This document shows positions 1 to 12,500 of a DNA stretch of 45,194 bases, in pieces. The stretch is from Polymyxa betae A26-41 (Eukaryota > Protista > Endomyxa: Phytomyxea). The stretch lies in contig RBZT01000597.1 of NCBI GenBank assembly GCA_003693705.1, forward strand, positions 1-45,194, written 5' to 3'. The translations under genes were made by a program, and so were the position numbers. How positions within the stretch are numbered: position 1 is the stretch's first letter; each line of letters begins with the position of its first letter. The notes beneath the pieces are model-generated. The model had not been told where the DNA came from. It saw only the letters and a program-made list of their open reading frames with translations, and made no database searches.

Positions 1-246
1 TCGGAGACGAGATGAGAAACGTATGAATTTTGGAGTTGATCGGAATGGTTGCGTGGAGGCCGCTCCTCGCCATTCATAGTAGGGAGGCGAGGGGACCCGC
101 GCAGTCCGTGACAGTTAGGGCTCTTCCCCTATAGGAATCGTCAGCAGGGGCGCAGCCCTCTGCGCAGCCCCTCAGGAAGGGCCAGTACGACTGCCTGGTG
201 GTCGGCTGGGCGGCTGCGAGTACTGTCATGCTCAATGGGCATGACA
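1..246. mobile_element. Probable LTR terminus (truncated by window edge) inserted into the Harbinger relic
   Basis: Non-coding, G-rich segment ending in ...GGGCATGACA at 246 (TG...CA type end). The Harbinger-like reading frame (…IIPYPEDDSYPIRQ) loses similarity at about this point. Confidence 0.35.
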
Positions 247-1200
247 CATTGACGGATCGGGTAGGAATCGTCCTCGGGATAGGGAATTATCACCTGTTTG
301 CTTAAGGTATAGCAAGCATCGGCCACAATAAACATTCCCACTGGAAGAATGCGCTGCAGCTTCTCCCCCTAAACCTGAATAATTGAAAATAGATTTGCCG
401 TTTTGGCCGATCCGGGTCTCAAATCATATGACCTGACACCAGCCTTGTAATCGACGACCAGCTGGCAATTGATAGCAGGGTATCCTTTTCGACAATACCA
501 GCCAAAAACTCTCTGGGGCGCTCAATCGCAATCAAAGTCCATCAACTGAAAGGCAGTAGTTGGGAAACCGACAAATCGCTCCATTCTGATGCTTCAGGAC
601 CTGAAGGCAGTCGAATGATATCACTCGGCACTCCCCATGACATCAACGATAATATCAGTCACTTCATTGTTAAAGCGGACAGGCACACATGTCTTGCTCA
701 TTTCGAAAATCGAAGACAGAGCCTGTATGGGTAACGTAATGTAACGTTGCAGCAACACGTTGGCGCCTTGTGCAAGACGCACTGTGGTAAATCGAGTCAT
801 GAACAAGATGCCACCTGGCCTCAATCAAACAGCAAATATTCTCAAAAGAGCTCTTATTGCACCGAAGGGTTTTCACGAACCACCCTATGTCAAAAGCTGC
901 ATTTAAATTAGTAACAGCGTACAATGAAACACGAGTAGAGATCTTTTCGATTGCGATCGGCGATAGCTTCGACCATCAGTATGAAGATCCTCATCTACCA
1001 CAGCGATGACAGCGCCCAGGGTGGCCGTGACTGCCCCAAACAGGTCTGCAATGGTCGAAGGAGCATTGACGAAAAGAGATGACCTTCGGGAAAAGAGGTC
1101 CGTGACCTCTTTCGAAACGAAAGAGATGACAAAATACCGTATAGTGCGGGGCTTGTACTCCTCCATCCAGAATCATGTAATTTTGCCGGTACAAAGTCCC
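247..1200 (-). pseudogene. Degraded PIF/Harbinger (HARBI1-type, DDE_Tnp_4) transposase
   Basis: Minus-strand fragments in several frames, broken by frameshifts and stops: WFVKTLRCNKSSFENIC (N-terminal helix), QRVAATLHYVTHTG / SIFEMSKT (HTH region), GWYCRKGYPAINCQLVVDY (cf. HARBI1 NRKGxxSINVQxVCD) and FIVADACYTL..IIPY (cf. GDSGY). Confidence 0.8.
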
Positions 1201-1760
1201 GCACTATACCGGTACGGTAGGCCGGTAGGGTAGGTAGGTCCTACCACTCAGACTGCTGCGCAGTTTTTCCGCACCTCTTTTTATCGTTACCTCTTTCTAC
1301 TTACCACCCTCTCAATTTCCAATTGTCCCCTAATAAAAAATCCGTATCACAGCAATCCGAATTTATTTTTTCGAAATTCGTAACTTTTTCTAAGCGATGA
1401 GATCTGTCGAATTACGAGATAATAGTTTGGTTGGGACCCTTTGGGAGGCCCCAATAGGCCCCGAGTATTTCTCATACAAAAGTTGTCGGTTTAGGACTGC
1501 CTGCAAAGTACAAGAGCGGCGAAGCTAGATAATCAGGTGACAAGTAAATGGGCCATTTCAACGTTAACTGTTACGAAGTGTCACATTCCGTACAGGGGAC
1601 CACAACATTTTCTTGGTATTCAGTTCGATAATTCCCAAAATCTCTTTAAACCAGAAAAATTTCCGTGAAGGCAAAAAGTGGCCAGAAAAGGTGGAAAAAA
1701 GCAGACAGAGATTTTCCAACGTATATTATGCGTGATAGTGTGATCGTCTGGGGATAGCAA

Positions 1761-2969
1761 ATGTATGAAGTGTTGCGGAGTCCGAAGCTCAGACGAATGA
1801 TGCAGGTCGAGGCGGCGACGGCCCCGACTGCTGGTGGTCGCTGCCAGGTCTGCGGTAACACTGGCGGAGGCACAGCCGTCAGCTGCCAGCGATGCCAGGC
1901 CGAAGTCCATACCGACTGTTACACGATGAGGAAGGGCACCGACCAGGAATGGCTCTGCGATGCCTGCAATGACGGCATCGAGAATCTGCGCTGCGATCTC
2001 TGTCTGAACGAGTGGAATTTCCATGGCGGCTGGCAGCCTGCACTCACCAAGATCTCATCTTCATACATTCACATGATTTGTGCTAAGGTGAGGCTTTGCA
2101 TTCTAGTTTACCAATGCTCGCGGTTTCCATGCATCTCACATTCCTTTTGTCTTCTGCCAATTACTCAGTCTTTCGCTCAGGTTAAATATCGTCGAGGTCG
2201 GCTACCACAGAACGCTCAATGCACAGTATGCCAGCGAGGTACTGGAAAGCTGTTAGGCTGTCAAGACGCCTCCAAATGTCGCGAGCTATGCCATGCCAGC
2301 TGCGCTCTGATCAGCGGTCTGATCGACGGATTTTCGTTCAGATGCAGACAGCATAGATCTGGCAGTGTTCCAGTTCAGCCTACGCCTGTAATAGAGAAGG
2401 CAGTCGAGCAAGCTGCCAACGAACCAGCCCCGTCGATCTTCGATCACGATAGTGTTTTGGATTTGAAATCGGTCGAAGATGGCATTTTCGCCGATCACGA
2501 GCATAAAGTTGAGAATAGTATTTTTGACGATCAGGAGCCGAAAGCTTTAGAAAGGCAGCCAGGTTGTGCTGATGCAGACAAAGTTATCGAGAGCAGCATC
2601 TTTGAGCAGCAGCATCCTGCTGAATCAGGGGATAACATTGATCAATCTGCTCTTATCAGCAAAGGGACTCCTCTTGATGCAATTCTGGTTAAGAGTGATG
2701 CATCTCATGAGGACACACCTGTTGATGGAGGTAATGAGGCCGGCGGTCAACCAAGCCGAGAAGCGATTCCTAGCGAGGGCGCCAGCGGGAATCTGCCAGA
2801 ACTGGTTGAAGGTGTCGTCCGGGGCTCATTGTCTGACATGATCGGTGAAAGACAAACAAATGGAGAACCCGAACTGCATTGTGACAAACTTCTAACGAAT
2901 ATTATTGATAGATGTTGTGAGGATGTCGCTGACGCTCCTCCAGCCAAGAAACCTAGGAATCAATTATAA
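1761..2969 (+). CDS. PHD-finger + extended PHD (PZP-like) chromatin reader with acidic disordered C-terminus
   Basis: CQVC...CQRCQAEVHTDCY...WLCDAC (PHD) followed by CDLC...HMICA...CTVC...GCQDASKCRELCHASCA...CRQH (ePHD). Probable in-frame intron 2088..2168 (or 2180). Basic NLS-like PAKKPR at the end. Confidence 0.8.
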   Translation: MYEVLRSPKLRRMMQVEAATAPTAGGRCQVCGNTGGGTAVSCQRCQAEVHTDCYTMRKGTDQEWLCDACNDGIENLRCDLCLNEWNFHGGWQPALTKISSSYIHMICAKVRLCILVYQCSRFPCISHSFCLLPITQSFAQVKYRRGRLPQNAQCTVCQRGTGKLLGCQDASKCRELCHASCALISGLIDGFSFRCRQHRSGSVPVQPTPVIEKAVEQAANEPAPSIFDHDSVLDLKSVEDGIFADHEHKVENSIFDDQEPKALERQPGCADADKVIESSIFEQQHPAESGDNIDQSALISKGTPLDAILVKSDASHEDTPVDGGNEAGGQPSREAIPSEGASGNLPELVEGVVRGSLSDMIGERQTNGEPELHCDKLLTNIIDRCCEDVADAPPAKKPRNQL

Positions 2970-3026
2970 ATACGTAATAACATATTCATACAGGTCTCAT
3001 TTTGCTCGCTGTATAATTCAAGGCAG

Positions 3027-4436
3027 ATGACAAAGAAGGAGTTTATTTGGACAGTACAAAGTCCTTGAAGGGATCTACAGGATGCAGAAAAGCGTGTTGC
3101 AGAGAAAACGAGATGGATCGAACCTGAACATTACTTGAAGAGGCTTGCTCTCTTATCGTCTTTCTTTTCGTCTTTCTTCTTGTCATCCTTCTTCTCGTCC
3201 TTCTGGGAACAGACAGAAGATATCCAAGGTTATCCATAACAGGCAAATCGTCACAAGCGCAATGGAGACCCTATTGTTTGCATTCCATTCTAATCTCAGC
3301 TATATCGAAACAACACTTCCTAACAACATGAGCAGGCAAAATGACATTCCGGTGTCTGCGTCGTTCAATGCAACGAGAAAAAATGCCAGCGGTATCAGAG
3401 CTCAGGTTTGAAAGTGGGCGGGACATTGGTGCCAGCAGAGGCTGCCTGATGATCGAGTGACAACTGCTATCAAGTATCATATGCTTACGAAGTCGCTGCT
3501 CATTCATAACAATGATGCTGTGGTCAGTGCTGGCTCATTGCGACATCATTGACAATTGGGTGGCGACGAACAAGAAAGCGTCGTCTCGCAGATCAAAAGA
3601 TCTTCAACATTCGAATATCGCCAGGAACATTCCGATCGTATTTTACAAAGAGATGCTTGACGGTTTCTTACTCATGAAAACTTTTCCCGGAACGACATTT
3701 TTTGACAGATTTGGCAAATTTTTGCCTATCACCGCATGTTCTAATGAACTATCAGCCTGACTGCACTAGTTGACCAGAAGACTCTGGCAATATTGAAGAA
3801 CCGCTGGTAATTGCTGAAATCAATCTTGAAATGGAGATGACACAAGTTGGAGAGTAGAAGAGCTTCCGTTGTTGTTCACTAGTAAACTGTTCCTATTTGG
3901 CTAATAAGCCTGTTCCTGCCAATGATTGATTCCAACAGAAAGTTCATGAGCCGAGTCTTCGCTCGAGTTCTCATATGTCATCAGCAAGGTGATCGTTCTT
4001 GACTGGGAATTCAAATTCTATAAGACAATAGTCAGTTTCGCTGAAGTTTGGAATATCGAACTGTTGATTCGCGGAAATTGGATTATTTCACCTGGGCATA
4101 TGGAATCGTATAGCGTTAATCTGGCAATGGTAAAGAGCGCGGTTGTTACCGCATCACAACATCTATTCGACAGGCAAGCATTGGTCTTTTAGAGAAGTTT
4201 GTTTAATGAGTCCGAGGTACAGTGATGGTTGATCCATCATGACGTAATTGCATCAAACCAAGATGGATGTGACACTCTCTTTAACACATGTGCAGTCATT
4301 CACGACGCTGCCATTGCTGGAGGCAGTTTCCGCGTCCAGAAAATCGCACGTACAACAATGCTTCTTTCCTATCGTAAACCGCTAAAGCGACGAACAGGCT
4401 ACGATTACATCGCATATAGTCGTCGATAACCAACAG
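3027..4436 (+). CDS. Probable short upstream exons, either the 5' part of the WD40 gene or a separate unknown gene
   Basis: Coding-like segments (QKISKVIHNRQ..., SFTTLPLLEAVSASRKSH) alternate with pyrimidine-rich GT..AG blocks. A CAG acceptor at 4436 joins in frame to the WD40 ORF, which lacks its own ATG. Exon boundaries are not resolved. Confidence 0.35.
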
Positions 4437-6305
4437 ACGTTGATCGCCGGCACCAGCTGCGGTGACATTCTCATCTGGAAATCAAGAAGATCATCGGCCT
4501 CGTCGCTCACCTCATTGCAAACCCAGATTCTATCTGGGCATCAAGGCCGAATCCATGCTCTGCTCTGCGTCGACTCCAAGTATCTGTTCAGCGCCAGCTC
4601 TGATCGCAACGTTCGTGTTTGGGCGCCCTGGGAGCCTGACTCCAGCCGGGCTCGAGTCCAAACCCTAATCGGCCATAGTGGCACTGTCACCTGTCTTGGA
4701 TGGTGCGGCCTCTCCCTAGTTACAGGCAGTACTGACAGGACCCTTCGTGTCTGGCGTCATGAAGGTCATCGTCATTTGCTTCTACACCCGGTCCTGGTCT
4801 GCGTCCAGACACTAGGCCCATTTAACCACTGGATCACGTCGTTGGATGTCCGCCCAAGCACCGATCCGCCGTCGCTGTTCGCGGCCGACGGCAACGGCAC
4901 CATCCATGTGTTCTCGGTAGGCGCCAGCGGCCTACGACAGGTTCGCAAGCAGCATCTTCACTCGCGTTCAATCTCGAAAGTATTCCTGGTCCCGCACGAG
5001 AACCTTCTTATCTCGCTCTCGTATGATTGCACGCTGCAAGTACACGACGCCAACACGGGCACCGGCCTATTCGCGGTCGAAAACCCGAATCGATGCAGAT
5101 ATACGGGCGTGGCGTGGGACGGGCCAAGAAAGGATCTGGTAGTCGTCGACGCCCTCGGCTATTTTCAAATTTGGAACATTTTCGCCGAACGCTGCTTGAA
5201 AGTGCAACGGCTACGTCGTGGAGAACTCTCTGGCGTCGTCTGCCATCACGACGCAGTCGTCGTCAGCGCACCAGAATGCATTGAGATCTGGAACGTGACT
5301 CGAGCTAGCCACTCTCGTGATCATTCAGCACATACTAGCGTCGTTGTCGGCCTTGTCCGCGGCGTTGATGGCCTGCTTTGGTCGGCATCGGTTGACAACA
5401 CCATTCGGGCCTGGAATGATACCATGTCGTGTGTTACGACACTGCGCGACGATGTTAGCGAGATCAGCGCCTTCGGGCAGATTCCCGAGACCAACCTGCT
5501 CATTACCGGGCTGGATAACGGAGACGTTCATGTTTGGAACTCGGATACGGGCAGCGCCCTGACCCTGTATGGTCACACGAATGCAGTCACGTCGATTATC
5601 GTGGCGCGATCGCATCGTCGCGAATTGCTCGTCACCGGATCGTTCGATGCTCGAGTATTAATCTGGGACGTCACCAGGCGGAAGACATCAACGATCGTGC
5701 CGGCGCTAGAGCATGAGCTAGTTCGGCATCCAGATGCGAAAGAAGTGCTCTGCGTCGCACATAATGTATCGAACGGGATGGTGCTGGCCGGCGGCAACGA
5801 CGGCGTCGTTCAGATCTGGGATCTGGAGACATACGAAGGACGCGGTTTGCTGGTTGGGCATCGCGATGCTGTAATTGGGCTGGCGTTCGATGGAAACCTG
5901 GTACTGACGGCCAGCAATGACGGCGATATCCGTATTTGGGACGCAATCAATCGGCAATGCCTCGATATTTTGGAAAGCAAACCGCCGGTCAGGAGCTTGG
6001 TGTTCGCCGAAGGTCTCGTGATCGCATCATACGGCGACGGCAACGTCCAGCTATGGGATTACGTCAAGCGAGCTGTGAAGCTCGCTTGGAGAATTCCAAA
6101 CGATGCTGAGCCGCGATCTATGCTGGTGGAATCGGGACAGGTTATAATTGGGTCGGAGAACGGCACGATCACTGTTTTTAGTATTCCGGATGGTGATCGG
6201 GATTCTGACGACGTGGACTCATTTAAATTAGATGTTGAAGGGCTACTTCCAGGAATCTCTGATGACAGACAGTATACCGTGTTGCATAATCTAGCAAGCT
6301 TATAA
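4437..6305 (+). CDS. Multi-WD40 repeat (probable double beta-propeller) protein, large terminal exon
   Basis: Many GH...WD-type repeats (LSGHQGRIHAL...SASSDRNVRVW, LIGHSGTVTCL...TGSTDRTLRVW, LYGHTNAVTS...TGSFDARVLIWD, LVGHRDAV...TASNDGDIRIWD). Confidence 0.9.
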   Translation, partial: TLIAGTSCGDILIWKSRRSSASSLTSLQTQILSGHQGRIHALLCVDSKYLFSASSDRNVRVWAPWEPDSSRARVQTLIGHSGTVTCLGWCGLSLVTGSTDRTLRVWRHEGHRHLLLHPVLVCVQTLGPFNHWITSLDVRPSTDPPSLFAADGNGTIHVFSVGASGLRQVRKQHLHSRSISKVFLVPHENLLISLSYDCTLQVHDANTGTGLFAVENPNRCRYTGVAWDGPRKDLVVVDALGYFQIWNIFAERCLKVQRLRRGELSGVVCHHDAVVVSAPECIEIWNVTRASHSRDHSAHTSVVVGLVRGVDGLLWSASVDNTIRAWNDTMSCVTTLRDDVSEISAFGQIPETNLLITGLDNGDVHVWNSDTGSALTLYGHTNAVTSIIVARSHRRELLVTGSFDARVLIWDVTRRKTSTIVPALEHELVRHPDAKEVLCVAHNVSNGMVLAGGNDGVVQIWDLETYEGRGLLVGHRDAVIGLAFDGNLVLTASNDGDIRIWDAINRQCLDILESKPPVRSLVFAEGLVIASYGDGNVQLWDYVKRAVKLAWRIPNDAEPRSMLVESGQVIIGSENGTITVFSIPDGDRDSDDVDSFKLDVEGLLPGISDDRQYTVLHNLASL

Positions 6306-6611
6306 AACATATGTGTCGTATTACCATCATACCTGCTACTTTCCTTCTGTTGAGCGAACTCAGTTTGCTGTACATATATTTCAAGAACTTGGCTTTCAAC
6401 TGTGTGCATAATTGCTGTTTTTTTCGAAAGGCGCTACTGCGCAGATTTGCTCAACAACTTTTCTGCTTTATAGCGCGTTATTACGAACATGTGCGTGTTA
6501 CTGTACTAACTTGGGGGCAGCCTCTATGTGTGCGGCGCGACCTCACTGGGCTTCCTCTGATCGTTCTGCAAACCGAACTCCAATCAGGGCTGTCTCCAGG
6601 TTTCGTCGACC

Positions 6612-7586
6612 ATGTCGGAGGCAATTGGCATTATGAATGAGGCCTATTTTGTTGGCCGCCACGAACTCATCGACTGGGTGAATACGACGCTGAAGCTGAA
6701 CATCTCGAAGGTGGAGGAATGCTGCACGGGCGCCATTCATTGCCAAATCTTCGATATGCTGTATCCGGGAAAAATGAACATGTCGAAGGTCAATTACGCT
6801 GCCAAGCACGAATACGAATACGTTAATGTTAGTTCGCAGTAGGAGGGTCTGTATTCTACTCAGAACTAATTCTAATGCAGAATTTCAAATTGCTGCAAGA
6901 TCTGTTCACCAAGGTCGACATTCAGCACCATGTTCCTGTCGACAGGGTTGTCAAGGGTAAATACCAGGACAACTTGGAATTACTGCAATGGGTTTATGAA
7001 GTCTTCAACCGAAACTATAATGGTGCTGAGTATGACCCTTTGAAACGTCGCGCGAAATCAAAGGGCGGTGTTATCGCCCATGCTGCCAAAAGACCTGGAG
7101 CATCTGCCGCTTCGGTCAAAGCGACTACTACTAAACCAACGATGTATGCTTTCTAATTTCATATATCTGTTGATCATATTTCTTGCTATCCTTTCTCGCA
7201 TCTCGTTTTTCTTCTTTTCATTTACTTATCCATATTTCAGGCGTTCAGATGGAGGTGCCAAGCGCACACCATCGCAGGCCAGCGCTCCCATGGAGAAACC
7301 GTCTGTGAAATCTAGCGAAGGTCACGGCGAGACTGTTGTCTTGAACGAAGCCCTAGGCAAAGCCCGAAGAGAGGTCTCGGAGCTGACAAACGTTCTGAAA
7401 GAGCTCGAAAAGGAACGTGATTGGTATTTCAGCAAGATTTTGGAAATTGAGAAGATCTGCAAGGATTCGCCGCCTGAATTGGCCAACACATCCTTGGTGC
7501 AACATATTTTCGATGTCTTATATGCAACTGATGCTGAAGACAATGCTGCCGGCAACAGCTCTGTCGGAGAGCAGCCTGCTTATTGA
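6612..7586 (+). CDS. EB1: Microtubule end-binding protein EB1 (MAPRE family); exons 6612-6827, 6881-7143, 7241-7586
   Basis: CH domain (YFVGRHELIDWVN...CCTGAIHCQIFD...KGKYQDNLELLQW) and EBH motif (LEKERDWYFSKILEIE...VLYATD). Canonical introns restore the frame. Confidence 0.97.
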
Positions 7587-8080
7587 ATCTAGTCGCTCTT
7601 TTCGCAGATTGTCCATTGTCAAACAGTTCACTTAGTCCCTCGAAGCCACAAAATGTCAAATTTTCATTAAAGTTAAGCACCGTGCTGGAACATATGAACA
7701 GCGGTTGAATTACCAATGGACTGCAGTGAATTTCTGATGTTCGATATGCCAGACTACTTCAACTCAACATTGTCAACTGGCATGCGTCTGGTAGAACTGC
7801 TGCTTTCACATGGAATATGAACCTGCCTCATAATGCCTCTGCTAGCTGACGCTCTCTCCATGGCTATAGTTTCCGCGTATTTGATACAACTGAGAAATAG
7901 GCGTGTCAGCGTGTCTATTGGGACATTACACCAGTCCATTTTATGTCACACAATGAGTTGGTGTTAGGGGCCTCATAGCAGTCAAATATTCATGTCAGTT
8001 GTTAGTTATGTGAAGATTGATGTCGGATCGGAAATCTCTCTCTCCCTTTTCATTATCATATCGCTGTTTTCTTTACCAAG

Positions 8081-9493
8081 ATGTCGCTGAAGGTTATCGC
8101 GAAGTCGCGCTGCTTTGGCGGCACCCTGACCAAATACGAGCACGAATCGACCTGCACTGGAACTACTCAGAGGGTCAATGTGTTCCTGCCTGGCGACGAG
8201 GGCCCTTACCCGTCGCTGTATTACTTATCGGGGCTGACGTGCACCGAAGACAATTGCATGCAGAAATCAGGAGCCCAAAGAGCCGCTGCAAAATATAGTA
8301 GGAGCCGTCGATAGCCTGTATCTACTCGCATTTGATGTCCTATAGAGGTCGCATTCATCTGTCCTGATACAAGCCCTCGAGGTGCGAATATTCCTGGAGA
8401 AGATGAATCGTATGATCTGGGAACTGGGGCTGGATTTTATGTAGATGCTACTCAGGTAGTGTTTGCCTTTTCCCTATTTAGACTTCGGCTTGGTTTAGCC
8501 TCATTGAGGTTGTCCAATTTGGAATCGTTTCTTCTTTTACCGAAATTGTTCTGTCAGTTCCGCCTTTCGCTAAATCTGAGGACGATGTCAGGAGCCCTGG
8601 TCAAAATCGTACAAGATGTATTCTTATATAACCAAAGAACTGCCGGAGATCCTGGAATCTAATCTCCCTTTGATTCCCAAACGTCGATCGAGTTCGTCTT
8701 TCACATCGAGTCACGGATTTTGATTTCTGACAGAAGTGATTAGTTACAGGACAGTAAGTGTTTGCCTTCCGATTCTGGATGGCTTCATTCTCAAACATCA
8801 ATCAGCTCAATGGGCGGGCATGGCGCTCTTATCCTAGCTCTAAAGAATCCCGGAATGTATCAGGTATTGGCATCTTTCGATTCTTTATGTTTGTGCTATT
8901 TGCTTCTTGATCTCTCCAGTTGACCGTTACCGTTTTAAAAAAAGTCATTATCTCATTCTGACGTCGTCATTAGTCAGTTTCTGCATTTGCTCCAATATGC
9001 CATCCGTCAGCTTCGGCCTGGGGCATCAAGGCTTTCTCGGCTTATCTTGGGCCCGACAAACGCGATTGGGCAGCGTATGATGCCACCGAACTGGTGCTCT
9101 CCGGAAAGACTTTCCCCGGTCATGTTTTAATCGACCAGGTAGCGAGAGTACATCTAATTGCACTGGGATTCGCCCGACTTATTCTCAGGGCACTCATGAC
9201 GAATTTCTCAAGGATAGTCTCGGACTTGACGACCTCGAAGAAGCGGCCAAGGAAAAATCAGTTCCATTAGTTGTTCGCCGCCAAGAGGGCTATGATCATA
9301 GGTAACAGAAGCTAGCATTTTTTAAGATTTTTTTGGCGATTGTCAGCAAATTCTTCCTTCAAAGGCAATTTGGAAATTCTGTTCATTTTTCTTCTTCGTT
9401 GTCGGCTGACGATTGTCTAGCTATTATTTTATTGCCACATTCATCGAGGAACACCTCAAATACCATAGCGATGCACTCCACCTGCGCCAGTAA
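8081..9493 (+). CDS. ESD: S-formylglutathione hydrolase / esterase D; exons 8081-8297, 8346-8455, 8592-8691, 8744-8753, 8806-8863, 8974-9138, 9189-9301, 9421-9493
   Basis: [46 protein letters not shown] (nucleophile), [29 protein letters not shown]. All introns GT-AG. Confidence 0.97.
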
Positions 9494-9588
9494 TCGGATT
9501 CGAGTTTCACTTAATTTGAGAAATAAACGATTGTGTACGGGTATCGATCCTTCAACCGGCTTTGTTCTGGCGTGCTACCCGTGTCGCC

Positions 9589-12500
9589 ATGAGCTTCGTT
9601 CCTGGTATTTCCAGAACTGCAATCAAGTTTGTATTAAGGAGCCGGTGTTGTTTTCGATTATAACAGTGCAATAGTTCGGCTCGGGCACCAGATCCGCATC
9701 ATCGATTCCGTTCGCTTGGTAATTCCAATTCGATCGAATACAGACGAACAGGCCCCTGATTTACTGATAGTATTGGACGTATTGGTTCGTGTAAGAGAAG
9801 CCATTAATGCTGCCGGTAACCGCTCCAAAGCAGATGACGGTGACGATTCAGCCGATGCTTTACGGTCTGATGGCGTTGTGTGCCTTGCATTTGAGGCTAT
9901 GCGTAAGAAGCTATCATCAATATGAAGCATTCACAATATTTTGTCCTATTCATATTTGTTACATCATAGATCGATACATTTTGTAAATTTTTTGGCGACC
10001 GTTTTGTAGAAACACTAATCCTTGTTCGTTGAATGCCTTAAAATTTCTCTTCAATGCTGAATTATTTCCAGCCGTTACAAACAAAACGCATTCGCTGACT
10101 AAAACTTTCTTAGAGATGATTGCGACAATACCGCTTTTGTCTTCGATTCCTGCACTAAGCGACCTCATCCACAACATCATTCGTATTATGGACGCAGCTG
10201 TCTACAGACAGGAACAGTACCGTTACGGCCCGAACTCCGCCCGACGTGAAACATTCTACAGTCTGTATCAGGCCGCAATTGGCAAACAGTAACTAGAAAT
10301 TTCGAGATCAGCCGTTTTCGTTTCATGTAATGGCCAGATAGGCAGTCTGATCTGCAACACGAAAGCGAGGTCCATCTACGTAACGACAAGCTAACGCGAG
10401 AGATCTTCACCTTCCAGGAGCAGATCCGCGGGTTCGAGTCCGTAACTTGGTCAAAACCAGCCGATAAACGACTAAGCCATGTGCAGGCAGGAATCACAAC
10501 AGAGCTCGGCTGTTATACGCGCGTTGAAACTAGAGGCGATTAAATCGAACAAAGCGATCGAAGTGCTGCAGAATCAAGTGACCTCGTAACAATCGGAAAC
10601 ATTTCATGCCTTCAGTTGATGACCTGATATGGCGCAGACTGAAAGAAGACATCGAATCGCTTCGTTCGAACAAGCTGGATCTGGAGCGGTCGCTATTCGA
10701 GGCCGAGCTCGAGTCGATCGAACGCCAACGCGTCGCTGATCAAGGTGACTGCATGTTCGGTGACCCCGCCCGTACTGACCCAACGTTGCAGCTGTCACCG
10801 AATACCAACGGATCGTGTTGGAGCGCAACATGCAACAGCGCCTGCTGGCCGAAGTCGATTTCAATCCGGCAAGGTTGACTCGGGCGCCTCAACGAAGGTC
10901 TTCAACAATGTCCCAACACGATTCGTGACGCTTCTGAACTGTGAATGCAGCACGGCCATAGATCCCGGCGATAACGACGACTCGTTGCGGAACGAACTCG
11001 ATACGGCGTATCATGAACGCGACCTGTTGCTGGAACAGATCGAAGCGATGACGCGCGACCGCGACCAGCTGAACGGGCTGTATCGGAAAGAGAACCAATC
11101 GAAGAACGCCACGCTGCTGCGCCTGGCCCAGGTCAAGGACGAATACGCGGATCTGCAGGCCCGATATCGTGAAGGTCACCCGTTTAGTGACCGCTTCAAC
11201 GGGCACGCTGACAATTGTTATTCAGCGTTGGAATCGCGGACGCCGCGTCCCGATTGGTGCCAGGTCTGTGACCGATTCGATGCGACGTGTCGTATCTGTG
11301 CTCGACACGATCTTCGCGCCCCGTCGTCGACGTTATCGTCAGCTCGAAAGGTATCGCATAATGGTGATACTTTCTCCATTTCGTTCTGCTCTGTTTATCG
11401 AAAAACAAGCTGAATGATCTCGTGTCTATTTTGTGATAGTTTCTTGTATAATAATCTGGTCCAGGTCTTGCAGCTGATGGCGACGTTACAAGAGCGCACC
11501 AGCGAACTCGACGAATTGCGTCGTCGCGCAGCGCTCGAACCCGAAAACGACGAAGGCATCTATTTCAATGTTCGAAGCAGCTGTCGGTGGACGAGCCGCG
11601 ATCTGTTCGCGTACGACAACGCCCAAGACCCGGATGCCAAATCCAAGGTAGGCTCGTTACCGGCTACGGCGACCAGAACCAACTTGTTGCTGCAGATCCC
11701 GTCCTGGCTTCGGGTTCCGATCGCTGACGGCGGCCCGATGCGGTTCCGCAACAGGAACTTCACGTTCAAGACGATCTCGAAAATGATTCGCGATGTCTGG
11801 GACGTACACGACCCATCCGTACTTGACGTCAATGTTTGTTACCATATTCGCTGAGTGGCGTTGGTTTGGTCTTGTCTGAAATTCATTGCCAGGATACGTT
11901 GAAGATCTATTTCGAATCGCGCTCCAATGGCAACTCCAGCGAGGCTCTTGAACTGGCGTACAACTTCGCTGACGGTCTGGATCGTCATCGCTGGGTTTAT
12001 GAATGCCATTTGCTGCACGAAGTCGGTCGCTTCTGCGTTCTGCACGTGTCACTGATTGTATCTGGTTCAAGGTGATCCGTGGCCGGCTTCATTGGCGCTG
12101 TTCGAGCCTGGCTGACAAGGCTGAAGAGAGCCTCGTTAATGGTATGATGCAGGTCGATCGCAGAGTTCGTGGCAAGCTCACATACAAAGTCGCCAAAGGT
12201 AACAGATCTTCGCTGCTCATGAAGGGTTTCTAACGGGAATCAATCTGTTCTTATCAGGTCTATTCCTGGAGCAGTGCAGGGTTGTGTTCCCGAACAAGAC
12301 TGAAGAAGCCCGCACGGCCTATGCCAAAGCCCTGCAGCGCTCCGGGATCGGCGGTGGGTTCCTCATCGAGTACCGCACCCTGTTGCAGAAATCTGCCTCC
12401 AACGATGTCCGTGAACGATTCCGTTCAGCGTACTGATACTGGACTTATTGTTTCTTAGTTTCTAGATACGATTCGATCGCAGCTGCTGAGCGAACTGCTC

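Noticed and set aside
731-750. GTAACGTAATGTAACGTT in the Harbinger relic (similar cluster at ~41295-41322 in the Gypsy relic)
   Set aside because: Same motif as in DEPDC5, but only two copies each and inside former coding sequence. Too few to link without genome-wide statistics.
1430-1605. GGGACC/GGCCC motifs upstream of the PHD gene resembling plant site-II elements
   Set aside because: Short, variable and adjacent to transposon debris. No support for function.
3130-3210. Minus-strand KDEKKDDKKKDEKKDDK low-complexity peptide
   Set aside because: Better explained as the complement of a plus-strand intronic polypyrimidine tract. No convincing upstream minus-strand exons were found, although the plus-strand intron would need a GC donor, so this is not fully settled.
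10282-10340. Apparent GC donor in the TSNAXIP1-like gene
   Set aside because: A canonical GT-AG intron 10289..10340 restores the frame.
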